Positions 40,351 to 50,068 of a stretch of DNA of 64,000 bases are shown here, piece by piece. The stretch covers positions 12,923-76,922 of the IMG/VR virus record IMGVR_UViG_3300031787_000068; one strand, 5' to 3'. The DNA comes from a virus. The notes beneath the pieces are model-generated. The model ran no database searches. It was not told the DNA's origin and worked only from the letters and a program-made list of their open reading frames with translations. Made by a program: the position numbers and the translations under genes. Positions within the stretch are counted from its first letter, which is position 1; each line of letters begins with the position of its first letter.

Positions 40351-41934
40351 ATGCCAATCACAAATATACAAGGTCTTAATTATTCCGATAGTCAAAATGA
40401 ATTAGTAAATAAGCTAAATAGTAATTTTGATGAACTTATAGAACTCCACGGGGGGATTCAAGGAAATCTTGGACCCACTGGAGGAGATGGCTCTATCGGG
40501 CTTGCCGGGATAAACGGGAAACCCGGTATTACTGGGCCCAGAGGAACCAGATGGTTTGTGAGATCCTCCCAGCCAGGGGGGACCGGAAATTATTCAGTAG
40601 AAGGAGATTACTGGGTAGAGATTTCTACCTCTAAAATTTATATTTTTACGGATACCGGATGGGTGGATACGGGGTATCAATTAGATTCTTCAAATTCTTT
40701 ATTTAGAGATGTTTCGTATACATCTTCAGGGGGATCCTCAGGAAATGCTATAACTGAAAATCAAAATTCTCCTTCCCTCTATACTTTTGTTGTTGAGGAT
40801 CAAACCCCGGAAAATTCTTCTTTGGTAAATAGAAATCTTTCTAAATTCCTTCTTTCTACCGATACTTCTTTGAATGATGGTGCTCTTTTAGAATTTTCTA
40901 AGAGCGAATTGGAGGATGGAAGTATATCTGATTATTCCTCTCACCCTATAATATCTTGGGGAAATTTTGATCCTTCTAATCTCGATTTAAATCTGGAAGT
41001 TCCAGAAGGAAAATTTTATACTGGAGCTAGCGGGGGAATGAGTATAAAAGCTTCTGATATATCCATAGAATCCTACACCGGGATAACTTTTGAAAGCTTG
41101 GCAAATGTATTTGCTACGGGGGGAATTAATTTAACTTCTGTTAGTGCTCTAATATCTTCTTCAAATTTAACTAACTCGTTGACTTTAACTTCAGTAAAAA
41201 GATGTTTAAGTTTAACCCCGACACTAACTTCTCCTTCTCCTAGCATATCTGTTAATTCTACTTCCTCGGGAGGAGGAACAGGAGCATTAAAAACAACTAG
41301 AACAGCAGATAATTATGATGACCTTTCTAATTCCGTATATAATGTACTTTTGGCATGTGATGGGCCAGGGGGATCAGATGATCGTCAATTTTATATAAAC
41401 ACAAAAGGAAAAGTAAAAACCAAAAAAATAGACGGAGGAGTTACTTATCCATTTTCTGGATTTGGAGCAACTTCTTCGTCGGGAACTGATGTTATATGCT
41501 GGTATCTCGTAGCTAGAACTTCTTCCCCTACATTTCCGTTATCCACACCGAAGCCATTTGCTCTTAATAACGGAAATGTAGCTGTGATAAATCCCTACAC
41601 TACTGCACCAACTACTTTTAGCTCTTTTTGTGGTATAGGAATATATTCTTTTACTGACTATACTTGGGGAAGAGCAGGTGGTTTACAAAATGGGGAATCT
41701 CTAAGATTCAGCGCTTACTGCAGTCAAAACCCAGGAGGAGCTTCCCAATTTAGAGGATTTAGATACATCGGATACGGAAGAAATTCTTCAACGATGACAA
41801 CCGTAGCTGAACTTCCTTTCTATGCTGCATCTGTGGATTTCATAATATCCAGAGGGGCAACGGGATCTTTAACTAGCGTAAGCTATCTTGCCTATGGATC
41901 TTCTGGGGGAAGTGGAGGATCTTTTTATTTCTGA
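40351..41934 (+). CDS. Tail fibre-like protein with short collagen (Gly-X-Y) segment, paralogue 1
   Basis: DSQNELVNKLNSNF followed by GIQGNLGPTGGDGSIGLAGINGKPGITGPRGTRW. Confidence 0.7.
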   Translation: MPITNIQGLNYSDSQNELVNKLNSNFDELIELHGGIQGNLGPTGGDGSIGLAGINGKPGITGPRGTRWFVRSSQPGGTGNYSVEGDYWVEISTSKIYIFTDTGWVDTGYQLDSSNSLFRDVSYTSSGGSSGNAITENQNSPSLYTFVVEDQTPENSSLVNRNLSKFLLSTDTSLNDGALLEFSKSELEDGSISDYSSHPIISWGNFDPSNLDLNLEVPEGKFYTGASGGMSIKASDISIESYTGITFESLANVFATGGINLTSVSALISSSNLTNSLTLTSVKRCLSLTPTLTSPSPSISVNSTSSGGGTGALKTTRTADNYDDLSNSVYNVLLACDGPGGSDDRQFYINTKGKVKTKKIDGGVTYPFSGFGATSSSGTDVICWYLVARTSSPTFPLSTPKPFALNNGNVAVINPYTTAPTTFSSFCGIGIYSFTDYTWGRAGGLQNGESLRFSAYCSQNPGGASQFRGFRYIGYGRNSSTMTTVAELPFYAASVDFIISRGATGSLTSVSYLAYGSSGGSGGSFYF

Positions 41935-41940
41935 TATATA
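41933..41940 (+). promoter_or_regulatory. Putative late promoter GATATATA
   Basis: Overlaps the stop of 40351, upstream of ATG 41950. Confidence 0.6.
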
Positions 41941-41949
41941 GATTAATAG

Positions 41950-43581
41950 ATGAAAGAACTTAAATTATTATTATTAGAAAAGGGGGATTCCCAAAAGAAT
42001 TTGGTGGATAAGTCCAATTTCAATTTTAGCCAGATACTTTCTTTTGAAGGAGGTCCTTACGGAAAGATAGGGCCTGAGGGAAAAACAGGGGTCCCTGGAT
42101 CTGAAGGGCCTACCGGATCTTTTGGTCCTCAAGGAAAAAGAGGAAATACCTGGGAAGTTTCAATAACCCAACCATTAAATCCTTCTAATGGTGATTATTG
42201 GCTGAATCCTTTAAGTAATAATGAAGTAAAAGTCTATAATTCCTCTACAGGAAATTGGGATTTTTATTCCATTAATATTAGTGGACTTGACTTATTTAGG
42301 GAATTTGGCCCTCTTCAAACCGGGTCTGGGCCCTCTCCTAAAAATGGATATTTTATATCCTTGCCTTTTCCTGAATTAACGACTTTTGTGATTAGTGATT
42401 CCTATCTTTCGGATGGATCCCCGACAGCAAATCCACAATATTCAAAAATGGTGATTTCTACAGATTCACAAATTCCAAATAGAAGAATAATGGAATTTAC
42501 TAAAGGACCTTATCACGGAACTCTTTTTAGTCAAGAAACCCCTTATTTTTCATGGTCTTCTGGACCTACTTCTTCCGTTGGAAATTATGCTTTGGATTTC
42601 ATTTCTCCAAAATCTTTGGATTTTGATCTAGGGGGAGATTTTAAATTGAAATCTACATCTTCTTCGATCTCATTAAAATCTGGACCTTTCATTTCTGGGT
42701 ATGGAATCAATAAATACATAACAGGAACCTATTCTTCTTCTGCCAACGGTAATTTAGTTATAAATGTGAATTCTGGTTTAGGAAGTCTTTTGTTTTCGGG
42801 GAAAAATATTTCTTATACTACTCCGGCATCGTCTACTATAGTAGCAAATTTAAATCTGAGATCTTCGAATATCCTTTTTAGTTCCGGAGCTTCTCTTATA
42901 CTAACTTCTCAGAATCCTAATCTAGGAAATCTTTATTATAAGATGGATGTAGCATCCCCTCTGAATAGTAGTAGATCTGCTTCTACACTATTCAAAGCAA
43001 CCGACTCCGGCGGAGAAATAAATATTCTTGAAATCTCAGGAAAAGGTGATTTTAAAATTGATAAGGCGGTTTATCCATTGCATCCTTTAACGAATCCCAC
43101 GAGGGTAATACTCCCTCCTTTTTCGCCAGATCCCGGATGGGCGGTTACCCATTTTTTTCCTTCGGTTTCCCCAGCTTTTACGACTGTCGGGTTTAATGCT
43201 TCCCGAGGGGTTGATTACTATTTAGTTCCTTCGACTTCGATTTCCGGAGAAATACTTGTTATTTACACTCCTTCTACAGGAGAAGGGTGGTTAGATTTAA
43301 TCGATAATAACGAATATATGAATTTTAGAGTCCATAGCTCTAATCCCAATAAAGGATTTAATGCGATAGGAATTTATGACGGAACTTTAATTTATGATTA
43401 TGTTTCTTCTAGCTTTTCCGATTATTGCACTTCTGTTGAATTCACAATAATAAATATAAGTCAAACTTCTTCGGGAACAGGTCCTTCTGACAGATGGTTC
43501 AAGGTACTTTACCAACTATGGGGAGGATCTTTATCTACTCCCATCTGCAGAGAAATATATGTCCCTGGATCTACACCTTAA
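41950..43581 (+). CDS. Tail fibre-like protein with collagen segment, paralogue 2
   Basis: GDSQKNLVDKSNFNF followed by GPYGKIGPEGKTGVPGSEGPTGSFGPQGKRGNTW. Confidence 0.7.
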   Translation: MKELKLLLLEKGDSQKNLVDKSNFNFSQILSFEGGPYGKIGPEGKTGVPGSEGPTGSFGPQGKRGNTWEVSITQPLNPSNGDYWLNPLSNNEVKVYNSSTGNWDFYSINISGLDLFREFGPLQTGSGPSPKNGYFISLPFPELTTFVISDSYLSDGSPTANPQYSKMVISTDSQIPNRRIMEFTKGPYHGTLFSQETPYFSWSSGPTSSVGNYALDFISPKSLDFDLGGDFKLKSTSSSISLKSGPFISGYGINKYITGTYSSSANGNLVINVNSGLGSLLFSGKNISYTTPASSTIVANLNLRSSNILFSSGASLILTSQNPNLGNLYYKMDVASPLNSSRSASTLFKATDSGGEINILEISGKGDFKIDKAVYPLHPLTNPTRVILPPFSPDPGWAVTHFFPSVSPAFTTVGFNASRGVDYYLVPSTSISGEILVIYTPSTGEGWLDLIDNNEYMNFRVHSSNPNKGFNAIGIYDGTLIYDYVSSSFSDYCTSVEFTIINISQTSSGTGPSDRWFKVLYQLWGGSLSTPICREIYVPGSTP

Positions 43582-43589
43582 AAAAATAT

Positions 43590-45272
43590 ATGCACTTTAA
43601 TACTAAATATATTAATCTAGGAGACTCCGAAAAGGAGATAAAAGATAAAATTAATTATAATTTTAATCAAATACTTTCTTTTGCAGTAGGCCACGAGGGA
43701 CTTCCAGGTCCTAAAGGGGCAAATGGAATACCGGGACCTTCTGGAAAAATCGGATTATCGGGAAGTACGGGCGATAGAGCTTCTGAATGGTATAGAGGAA
43801 TTACATTTCCTTCTTCGCCGCAGGAATTTGATTTATGGATAAACGATTCCTCTGAATTAGGGGACGTCTACGAAAGAGGTGCTACTTCTTGGGGATATAC
43901 CGGTCTTTCTCTATTTAAATCAGATTTCTTTGAGGTTTATTCGGGAATAATAGGTCCTTTAGGTTTAACTAATAAATCTGCAATAGGAATAAAATCGACA
44001 TATACTCCGAATCAGACTTCTTTGGTTATAAGCGATTCTTATTTTTCCAGTCTGGACGTAAACCCAAATAATTCTAAAGTTCTTATAGCTACAGAGGATC
44101 AGACAACAAATCCTATTTTTTCTTTCAATAAATCCAATGGTAATTCCTTAGAATACCCCTCTTTTTATTGGAAAAACTTGGGAACTTCATCAGATCTTAT
44201 TTTTAAATCCCCAGGAGGACTATCTATCTTTTCTCTCCGGGAGGCTGAGATCTCCTCTAATGATCTTTTTCTAGGGGGAGGTGTTTTAATTTCGGGGGAC
44301 TCCTTTCATTCTTCGGTTACTGTGGGAAATATTAATCTAATAGGGGGAGGATCTCAAATGAGACTTTTCACGGACCCGTTAGTAAATTCAGTTATTATAG
44401 ATTCTTCGTATTTTAAAATCAATACTAATGAAATATTCAGCGCTAATAGATTTGAAATCTCTAGCAATAATTCAGTACCGGGATCTTATGTTCTATCTTC
44501 TGTTCCTATCGGATCTCCTACCGATAAATATTTTGGCGGGATTAGTGTAAAAGCCTCTTCTCTAAGAATTTTTGATTTTGGTGGAACGGGGGGATCTATT
44601 TTATATGGAAGACCATTAAATTCTGTTACCTCTGGGGATCACAAACAGGTAGTATTCGGAGAGACCGGGGGAGTTCCTGCGGGAGCTACTTCTGGTCCTT
44701 ATTCGTATCACGTGAAAGGGTTAACAAATAGTTTTTTTACCCCTTACAGCTTAAATTCAAGTTTTTTTCCCGAAGCCTCCAAAAACTCTATTTTTAGCTT
44801 TCTTCCTTCTACTATCAGCAATATTTTAAATATAACATCTCCTTCGAATTGGAATTCAAATCTACTAGTTCTAACGGTAGACACTTCATTAACTCCGATG
44901 AGTGGTGATGCTTACATATACATTCCTTCCACAACAAATACTTCTTTGGAACCGGTTTTTTACCAGGGGGAAGCAACTGAATTTAGGGTATATTTAAACG
45001 AAAAGGCTAATTTCCCATCAAGAAAGATTAGAGGAATAATCTACGATTACACTGTAAGATACACACAATTTTTTACGGGTAATGTTGTTACCGAAGTAAG
45101 AAAGGTTTTTTTGAACCTCCCGTCTCCTTGCTCTTATGTAGATCTTTTTTGGGCTTGGGCCGGAAGTGCAACCAACCCAAACGGAAGAATATTCTGGAAA
45201 ACCTGTGATGGGTCATCAGGAATTCTAGATATGACTAATATTTATACGGTATCTAGTAATCCTTTCCCTTAA
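43590..45272 (+). CDS. Tail fibre-like protein with collagen segment, paralogue 3
   Basis: Start reassigned to ATG 43590 (MHFNTKYINLGDSEKEIKDKINYNF) by alignment to the paralogues; GHEGLPGPKGANGIPGPSGKIGLSGSTGDRASEW. Confidence 0.7.
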   Translation: MHFNTKYINLGDSEKEIKDKINYNFNQILSFAVGHEGLPGPKGANGIPGPSGKIGLSGSTGDRASEWYRGITFPSSPQEFDLWINDSSELGDVYERGATSWGYTGLSLFKSDFFEVYSGIIGPLGLTNKSAIGIKSTYTPNQTSLVISDSYFSSLDVNPNNSKVLIATEDQTTNPIFSFNKSNGNSLEYPSFYWKNLGTSSDLIFKSPGGLSIFSLREAEISSNDLFLGGGVLISGDSFHSSVTVGNINLIGGGSQMRLFTDPLVNSVIIDSSYFKINTNEIFSANRFEISSNNSVPGSYVLSSVPIGSPTDKYFGGISVKASSLRIFDFGGTGGSILYGRPLNSVTSGDHKQVVFGETGGVPAGATSGPYSYHVKGLTNSFFTPYSLNSSFFPEASKNSIFSFLPSTISNILNITSPSNWNSNLLVLTVDTSLTPMSGDAYIYIPSTTNTSLEPVFYQGEATEFRVYLNEKANFPSRKIRGIIYDYTVRYTQFFTGNVVTEVRKVFLNLPSPCSYVDLFWAWAGSATNPNGRIFWKTCDGSSGILDMTNIYTVSSNPFP

Positions 45273-45350
45273 AAATTAATTATTTTAGGAGAAAAAAATA
45301 TATAGTTAAATGAAATAGATTACGAATCCTTTAATATAAAACTAAAAATT

Positions 45351-45608
45351 ATGAAAAAACTAAATAATAAAGAAAGGAATGAAATACTAAATCTATCTAA
45401 AAGATTTATAGATATACATTCTCAAATAGTTAAAGTAGAAAAAGAGATTCAATTTTTAGAAACCCAATCTTCTAATCTCCTATCAGATTTAGAATTTTGC
45501 AGAGAAATCGAAAGAGAATTCTGTAAAAAAATGTCTAAAAAATACGGAGAAGGAGAATTAGACCCTTTATCAATGACATGGAAAATCAAGACGGAAAAAG
45601 TAAAATAA
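45351..45608 (+). CDS. Small coiled-coil hypothetical protein
   Basis: 85 aa; AATATATA at 45297-45304 upstream. Confidence 0.65.
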   Translation: MKKLNNKERNEILNLSKRFIDIHSQIVKVEKEIQFLETQSSNLLSDLEFCREIEREFCKKMSKKYGEGELDPLSMTWKIKTEKVK

Positions 45609-46447
45609 AAAAAATTAGCGAAACTTTAGAATCTATATCTAAAATAGTTTCAAATAGACTAGTTCTTATAGGGATAATAATTCTTCTTATATTCTTATCT
45701 ATAAGACAATGCGAAAGAGCTGTTTCTGCAGAAGCAGATTCTAAAAGACAGCATAATAATTATCTAGCCATGCAAGATTCTGTGAGGATAATAAAAAAAG
45801 AAAAAGATCATCTAATAGTCGAGAAATCTGCTATGGAGATGAAAGTTTCTGAACTTACCGAAGAACAAAAAGAGCTAATAAGAAAATTAGGACTTAAAGG
45901 GAATGGAAAAGGGGGGACTCCTTCAGTTGTAACCGATGTTGAAATTATATATGTTGATAGATTTGTAAATGTTCCCACGAAAGTGGAAAAGGATAAAGAC
46001 GGAAAAGAATCCATAACTTTTACACATTCTCCGGAAATGAAAGGAAATAATAGCCTAACTATATCTGGAAAAATTCCTTACAGCTTCGACATAGTAAAAA
46101 GCGATAAAGAAGATCTTGTATTTACAAGATTGAATGCAGGAAAAGCCCAGTTAGACATAAAACAAAATATAGAAATAACTACCGGAATTTATAGGGATCC
46201 AGATACCAAAAGATTAATGACGAGAGTATCTACGGAATATCCCGGAATAGAATTTAAAGACGTCAACTCTTTTACTATATTGGACACGAAAGAAAATAGG
46301 GATGCTTTAAAGGCATCTAGAAAACCATATGGAATAGGGGTTAATTTCGGAATAGGATTAGCAGCAAATCAAAAGGGAATAGGGCCAGGTGTTTATCTAG
46401 GAATCGGAATCCAATACTCGCCTAAATTTTTACAATTCGGAAAATAG
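45578..46447 (+). CDS. Membrane-anchored protein, candidate spanin
   Basis: N-terminal TM helix LVLIGIIILLIFLSIRQC, coiled coil, C-terminal amphipathic beta hairpin. Confidence 0.55.
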   Translation: MENQDGKSKIKKISETLESISKIVSNRLVLIGIIILLIFLSIRQCERAVSAEADSKRQHNNYLAMQDSVRIIKKEKDHLIVEKSAMEMKVSELTEEQKELIRKLGLKGNGKGGTPSVVTDVEIIYVDRFVNVPTKVEKDKDGKESITFTHSPEMKGNNSLTISGKIPYSFDIVKSDKEDLVFTRLNAGKAQLDIKQNIEITTGIYRDPDTKRLMTRVSTEYPGIEFKDVNSFTILDTKENRDALKASRKPYGIGVNFGIGLAANQKGIGPGVYLGIGIQYSPKFLQFGK

Positions 46448-46449
46448 AT

Positions 46450-48855
46450 ATGTCTTTTAGTTATACTCCTAAATTTTTTCAGCTTACCTCTTATCTATTG
46501 ATGGAATATAGGTATGCAGATAGTCCAAACCCAGAAATTTATTTTACCAATTCGGGTCCTACAACCGTGGGATATGATAAATTGGTAAATGGTTTTATGG
46601 AAAACTCCATACAGATATTAAATCCAGATGTGGATTCTTCTATAACCAATAATACTCTATCTAATAGCGTAGTTAAAATTTCAGAATCATCTTATGTGAC
46701 ACTAGATCCTAATCTTCCGGTTCCATTTAATGATTTTTCCGATGAATTGACAAATACCCAAAATTTACCTGTAGTTTTTCCTCAGAATCTCCCTGTAGTT
46801 TATGATAGTGTAAGGTATCATATAAGAGCAGGATATAATTTAAATAATATAGATGGTATTATTGCAACTATAGAATTTCCCGACCAAAACGGTAAATATG
46901 TAACCATGTCTCAGGTCCTAATAAGAAAAGGAACTAACCAAGAATATGAATTTAGTCCTAGTCCCATTTCCATAGGATCTGCTATATATGATAAGTATTT
47001 AGAGATTAAGATCCCTAATCTTAAATCGATGAACGATGAGTATCTTTCAGCTTCTGATTTTTCTAAGCCTGATACTCTAGCAGCATTGATAAGTCAAAGT
47101 GGTAAAGGATTTATATATGGTGCACCATTAAGAATTTCTTTAAATGAGGTCCAAAGTATAACAACATACACCGGAAATTACGAGAAATATAACACTGCAA
47201 GACTTTCTACCCTTTCTCTTGAACAGGAAGATCCTTTTTCTAATATAGGAGCCATAATAAAAGAATCGGACCAGGGACAATTTTTTGAATATTTCGCAAC
47301 CGATAACGAAGGATTTATTGAAGATTTCATATTATTCCAAAACTCTATAGGGAATAGTTATTTCATTTCACACCAAATACAAGTCGTCGAACAGATAGGA
47401 GCTTCTTTTATAGAGACGTCTAGATTTGAAAGTATACAAACCACTGCTTATGATGTCCCTAATTATTATCGACCAATAGTTAAGAATGCCGGGGTCGCTG
47501 CGAGTTTTAGTCTTAGGTATACCATGTCTTTAGTTAATAATAAGGATCAATCCAGGGTAATAAGAGTAGGAACCTATACTTCTACAAATCCTTCCCAGTG
47601 GGGAACTAATATAACTCCTATCCAGCTTTCTAATTTTCCCCAGGTTCAAAAAATTTACAATAAGATATACGGACAGGTGTCTTCTTCTTCGGGCCAAAGA
47701 AAAATATCCCCTGTAAAAATACTAGAAAGAACAAAGTATATCAATAGTATACTCCAACAAAATTATGTAACTACAGTTTTCAATAATATTTCCATACCCA
47801 ACGAGAGTATTTCTACAACGGGGAGCACTTCCGTAGAAGCTATAGGAACTGGTAAATTGACCATAGAAGTTTCTCCTTTTGATAATTTGTACAAATTTAA
47901 ATTCATAAAAACTGGATCTGACGGATCCCCAATTGATATAGATCTAACTTCCTTTGGAATTATTAGAATATCTTTTATTGCCGAAAAAGGAGAAAAGTTA
48001 AATATAAAATCTTTTTCGGATAATACAATCGCAAATCCAGGAAAAGGAGAGATTTTATTTAAGATAGATGAATCTAATGCCTCTAAAGTATTAAGCTTTA
48101 AAGATAGAAGATTCTTTATAACTTCCGGAACTGAAGATCCGGATCCTTCTAAATCTTTGAATCCGGAGAAATCTATCCGGGAATCCGCAAAGAGACCGAT
48201 CGAGCCTTTAGTTTCTCTGAAGAAAGGAATAAAAGGAAGAATATTGGATAGAGCTAATGCAATCAATGCCGCAAAATCTATATCCGACCCAGCTAAAACT
48301 TTTCAGGCAAACGTTATATACTGGGGATACTGGAAGCCTGCAGGAGAAAAAGATGTAGTGGAGTTACCTCCAACTTCCTCTTCTTCCGCTATAGGCCTAG
48401 AAGGATTGCCTGTTATAAAGAGGCCAATAAACCCTCCTGCTAAATCCCCAGCAAAACCTTCTGTTAATACGCTGAAACCTGCTTCTAGCTTTGATGTTTC
48501 TTCTGCACTCGGAACCACCGGATCGAATCAGTCCCAGGGCGATATTCTATCTTCTTTAACCGGAACAGCTTTAGATAATTCTATAATCACAGGAATAAAG
48601 AATATATTTAGCCAAAATTCAACGGGATCTATTTCTACCTCACAGCAAGGATTTGGATTTAATTTTGCTTCTCCGACAAGTAATTTCACGGATCTAAATA
48701 TTATAGTTGACCAACTTGTAGATTTATATTCTAAATACCCTCAGACCACGAAGAATAAATTTTTAGGTTTATATAGTAATGCTACAAATAATATTAATGG
48801 ATATAGTATTTTAGATATATCTACTATAAAAAATAGACTTACAATTCAAATATAA
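46450..48855 (+). CDS. Putative virion structural protein
   Basis: 801 aa in the late region. Confidence 0.6.
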   Translation: MSFSYTPKFFQLTSYLLMEYRYADSPNPEIYFTNSGPTTVGYDKLVNGFMENSIQILNPDVDSSITNNTLSNSVVKISESSYVTLDPNLPVPFNDFSDELTNTQNLPVVFPQNLPVVYDSVRYHIRAGYNLNNIDGIIATIEFPDQNGKYVTMSQVLIRKGTNQEYEFSPSPISIGSAIYDKYLEIKIPNLKSMNDEYLSASDFSKPDTLAALISQSGKGFIYGAPLRISLNEVQSITTYTGNYEKYNTARLSTLSLEQEDPFSNIGAIIKESDQGQFFEYFATDNEGFIEDFILFQNSIGNSYFISHQIQVVEQIGASFIETSRFESIQTTAYDVPNYYRPIVKNAGVAASFSLRYTMSLVNNKDQSRVIRVGTYTSTNPSQWGTNITPIQLSNFPQVQKIYNKIYGQVSSSSGQRKISPVKILERTKYINSILQQNYVTTVFNNISIPNESISTTGSTSVEAIGTGKLTIEVSPFDNLYKFKFIKTGSDGSPIDIDLTSFGIIRISFIAEKGEKLNIKSFSDNTIANPGKGEILFKIDESNASKVLSFKDRRFFITSGTEDPDPSKSLNPEKSIRESAKRPIEPLVSLKKGIKGRILDRANAINAAKSISDPAKTFQANVIYWGYWKPAGEKDVVELPPTSSSSAIGLEGLPVIKRPINPPAKSPAKPSVNTLKPASSFDVSSALGTTGSNQSQGDILSSLTGTALDNSIITGIKNIFSQNSTGSISTSQQGFGFNFASPTSNFTDLNIIVDQLVDLYSKYPQTTKNKFLGLYSNATNNINGYSILDISTIKNRLTIQI

Positions 48856-48858
48856 TAA

Positions 48859-49404
48859 ATGATTTTAAATCCTAGAGGTAATAGCTTTTATTTTAACTTC
48901 CCAAGGGGATTTTTTCCTGAGAGGGTAACAGAAAAATATTTGCCTTATATAAAAAAACAGCCTATCCCTTTTGATACGGTAGAACAGTATATAAATAGTA
49001 CGATACAGTCTATTTCTTTTCCTACTTTATCTTTAGATTCTGTTGAGCAGGTAAGAAAACTAGGAAAAAAGATAGCTTATAAAGGATCTAATCCTGTACA
49101 GGACCTTTTTACGAAGGAATTTAGCATTACCATGAAAATGACAGATGGGTTTATGAGCTATTGGATAATGCTAGATACAATATTAGATTTTATAAATTTT
49201 GCAAATCCCGAGGTTTTTCTCATGAACTTGCCTTTAAGGATAATGGATAGTCAAGGGGATATTGTTGCTTCGGTTGTTTTTCAAGAGGTTTTATTTACTT
49301 CTTTTGCAGAAATAGAACTAAATTATACTTCAAACAATCCTCAATTTTCTGCATTCTCTGTTGGCTTTAAATGTAATTATCTGGATATAAAAATGGAGAT
49401 ATGA
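48859..49404 (+). CDS. Tail tube-fold protein (T4 gp3/gp19-like)
   Basis: IQSISFPTLS...FSITMKMTDGFMSYWIMLD...LRIMDSQG...VVFQEVLFTSFAEIELNY...FSVGFKCN. Confidence 0.65.
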   Translation: MILNPRGNSFYFNFPRGFFPERVTEKYLPYIKKQPIPFDTVEQYINSTIQSISFPTLSLDSVEQVRKLGKKIAYKGSNPVQDLFTKEFSITMKMTDGFMSYWIMLDTILDFINFANPEVFLMNLPLRIMDSQGDIVASVVFQEVLFTSFAEIELNYTSNNPQFSAFSVGFKCNYLDIKMEI

Positions 49405-49781
49405 CGGAAGAAGAATTAAAATCATTTAAAAGTTTATTGGACATCAGAAAATATCCCTATGAAGAAGAGGGAGAGATTTTAATAATTACTGGACATTCAA
49501 ATGTGGATTTACAAGATATTAATTATATCCCAAAAAATGTTTGCTTCTCTAATGAAGGATTTGTTCATCTGGAAAAATTAATTCTCCCGGAAAACACAGT
49601 ATTTAGAAATGAGGGAAACATATATTTAAATGATTTAATAGGACTTTCTAAAGGGGTTAGATTTGAAAATTACAATTATTTTCTATATGCTAACGATTTT
49701 TTCTTTTTAACAAAAGTAACTATCCCTGAGATTTCTCCTCAAAGGATAATTAATTGCTACATCAAACAAATATACGGATAA
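49401..49781 (+). CDS. Hypothetical protein with short LRR-like repeats
   Basis: About three 21-22 aa repeats (IPKNVCFSNEGFVHL / LPENTVFRNEGNIYL / LSKGVRFEN). Confidence 0.6.
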   Translation: MTEEELKSFKSLLDIRKYPYEEEGEILIITGHSNVDLQDINYIPKNVCFSNEGFVHLEKLILPENTVFRNEGNIYLNDLIGLSKGVRFENYNYFLYANDFFFLTKVTIPEISPQRIINCYIKQIYG

Positions 49782-49797
49782 AAATATTTTAAAAAAA

Positions 49798-49805
49798 GAT
49801 ATATA
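49798..49805 (+). promoter_or_regulatory. Putative late promoter GATATATA
   Basis: Upstream of ATG 49824. Confidence 0.65.
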
Positions 49806-49823
49806 AACTAAAAAATAATAATT

Positions 49824-50060
49824 ATGAGAACTTTTACGGAATTAAAGGAAATTAATGAAATGAAGTACGGTCAATCACTTTATAGTGAAAAAGACCAGAT
49901 GAAGAATGCTCTGATAGCTGCTTGTGGTAACGATCAAAGAGTATTGAATGATCTAGTAGATTGTCTTTCTGATCAACAAATGAAATCCTGTTTTGATAAA
50001 CTATCCAAAGAATACGGATATACAGGAAGCGTAGGACAAAGCGAACCAGCTGATTTATAA
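49824..50060 (+). CDS. Small hypothetical protein, CTS-like leader
   Basis: MRTFTELKEINEMK; own late promoter. Confidence 0.7.
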   Translation: MRTFTELKEINEMKYGQSLYSEKDQMKNALIAACGNDQRVLNDLVDCLSDQQMKSCFDKLSKEYGYTGSVGQSEPADL

Positions 50061-50068
50061 TAATTTTT

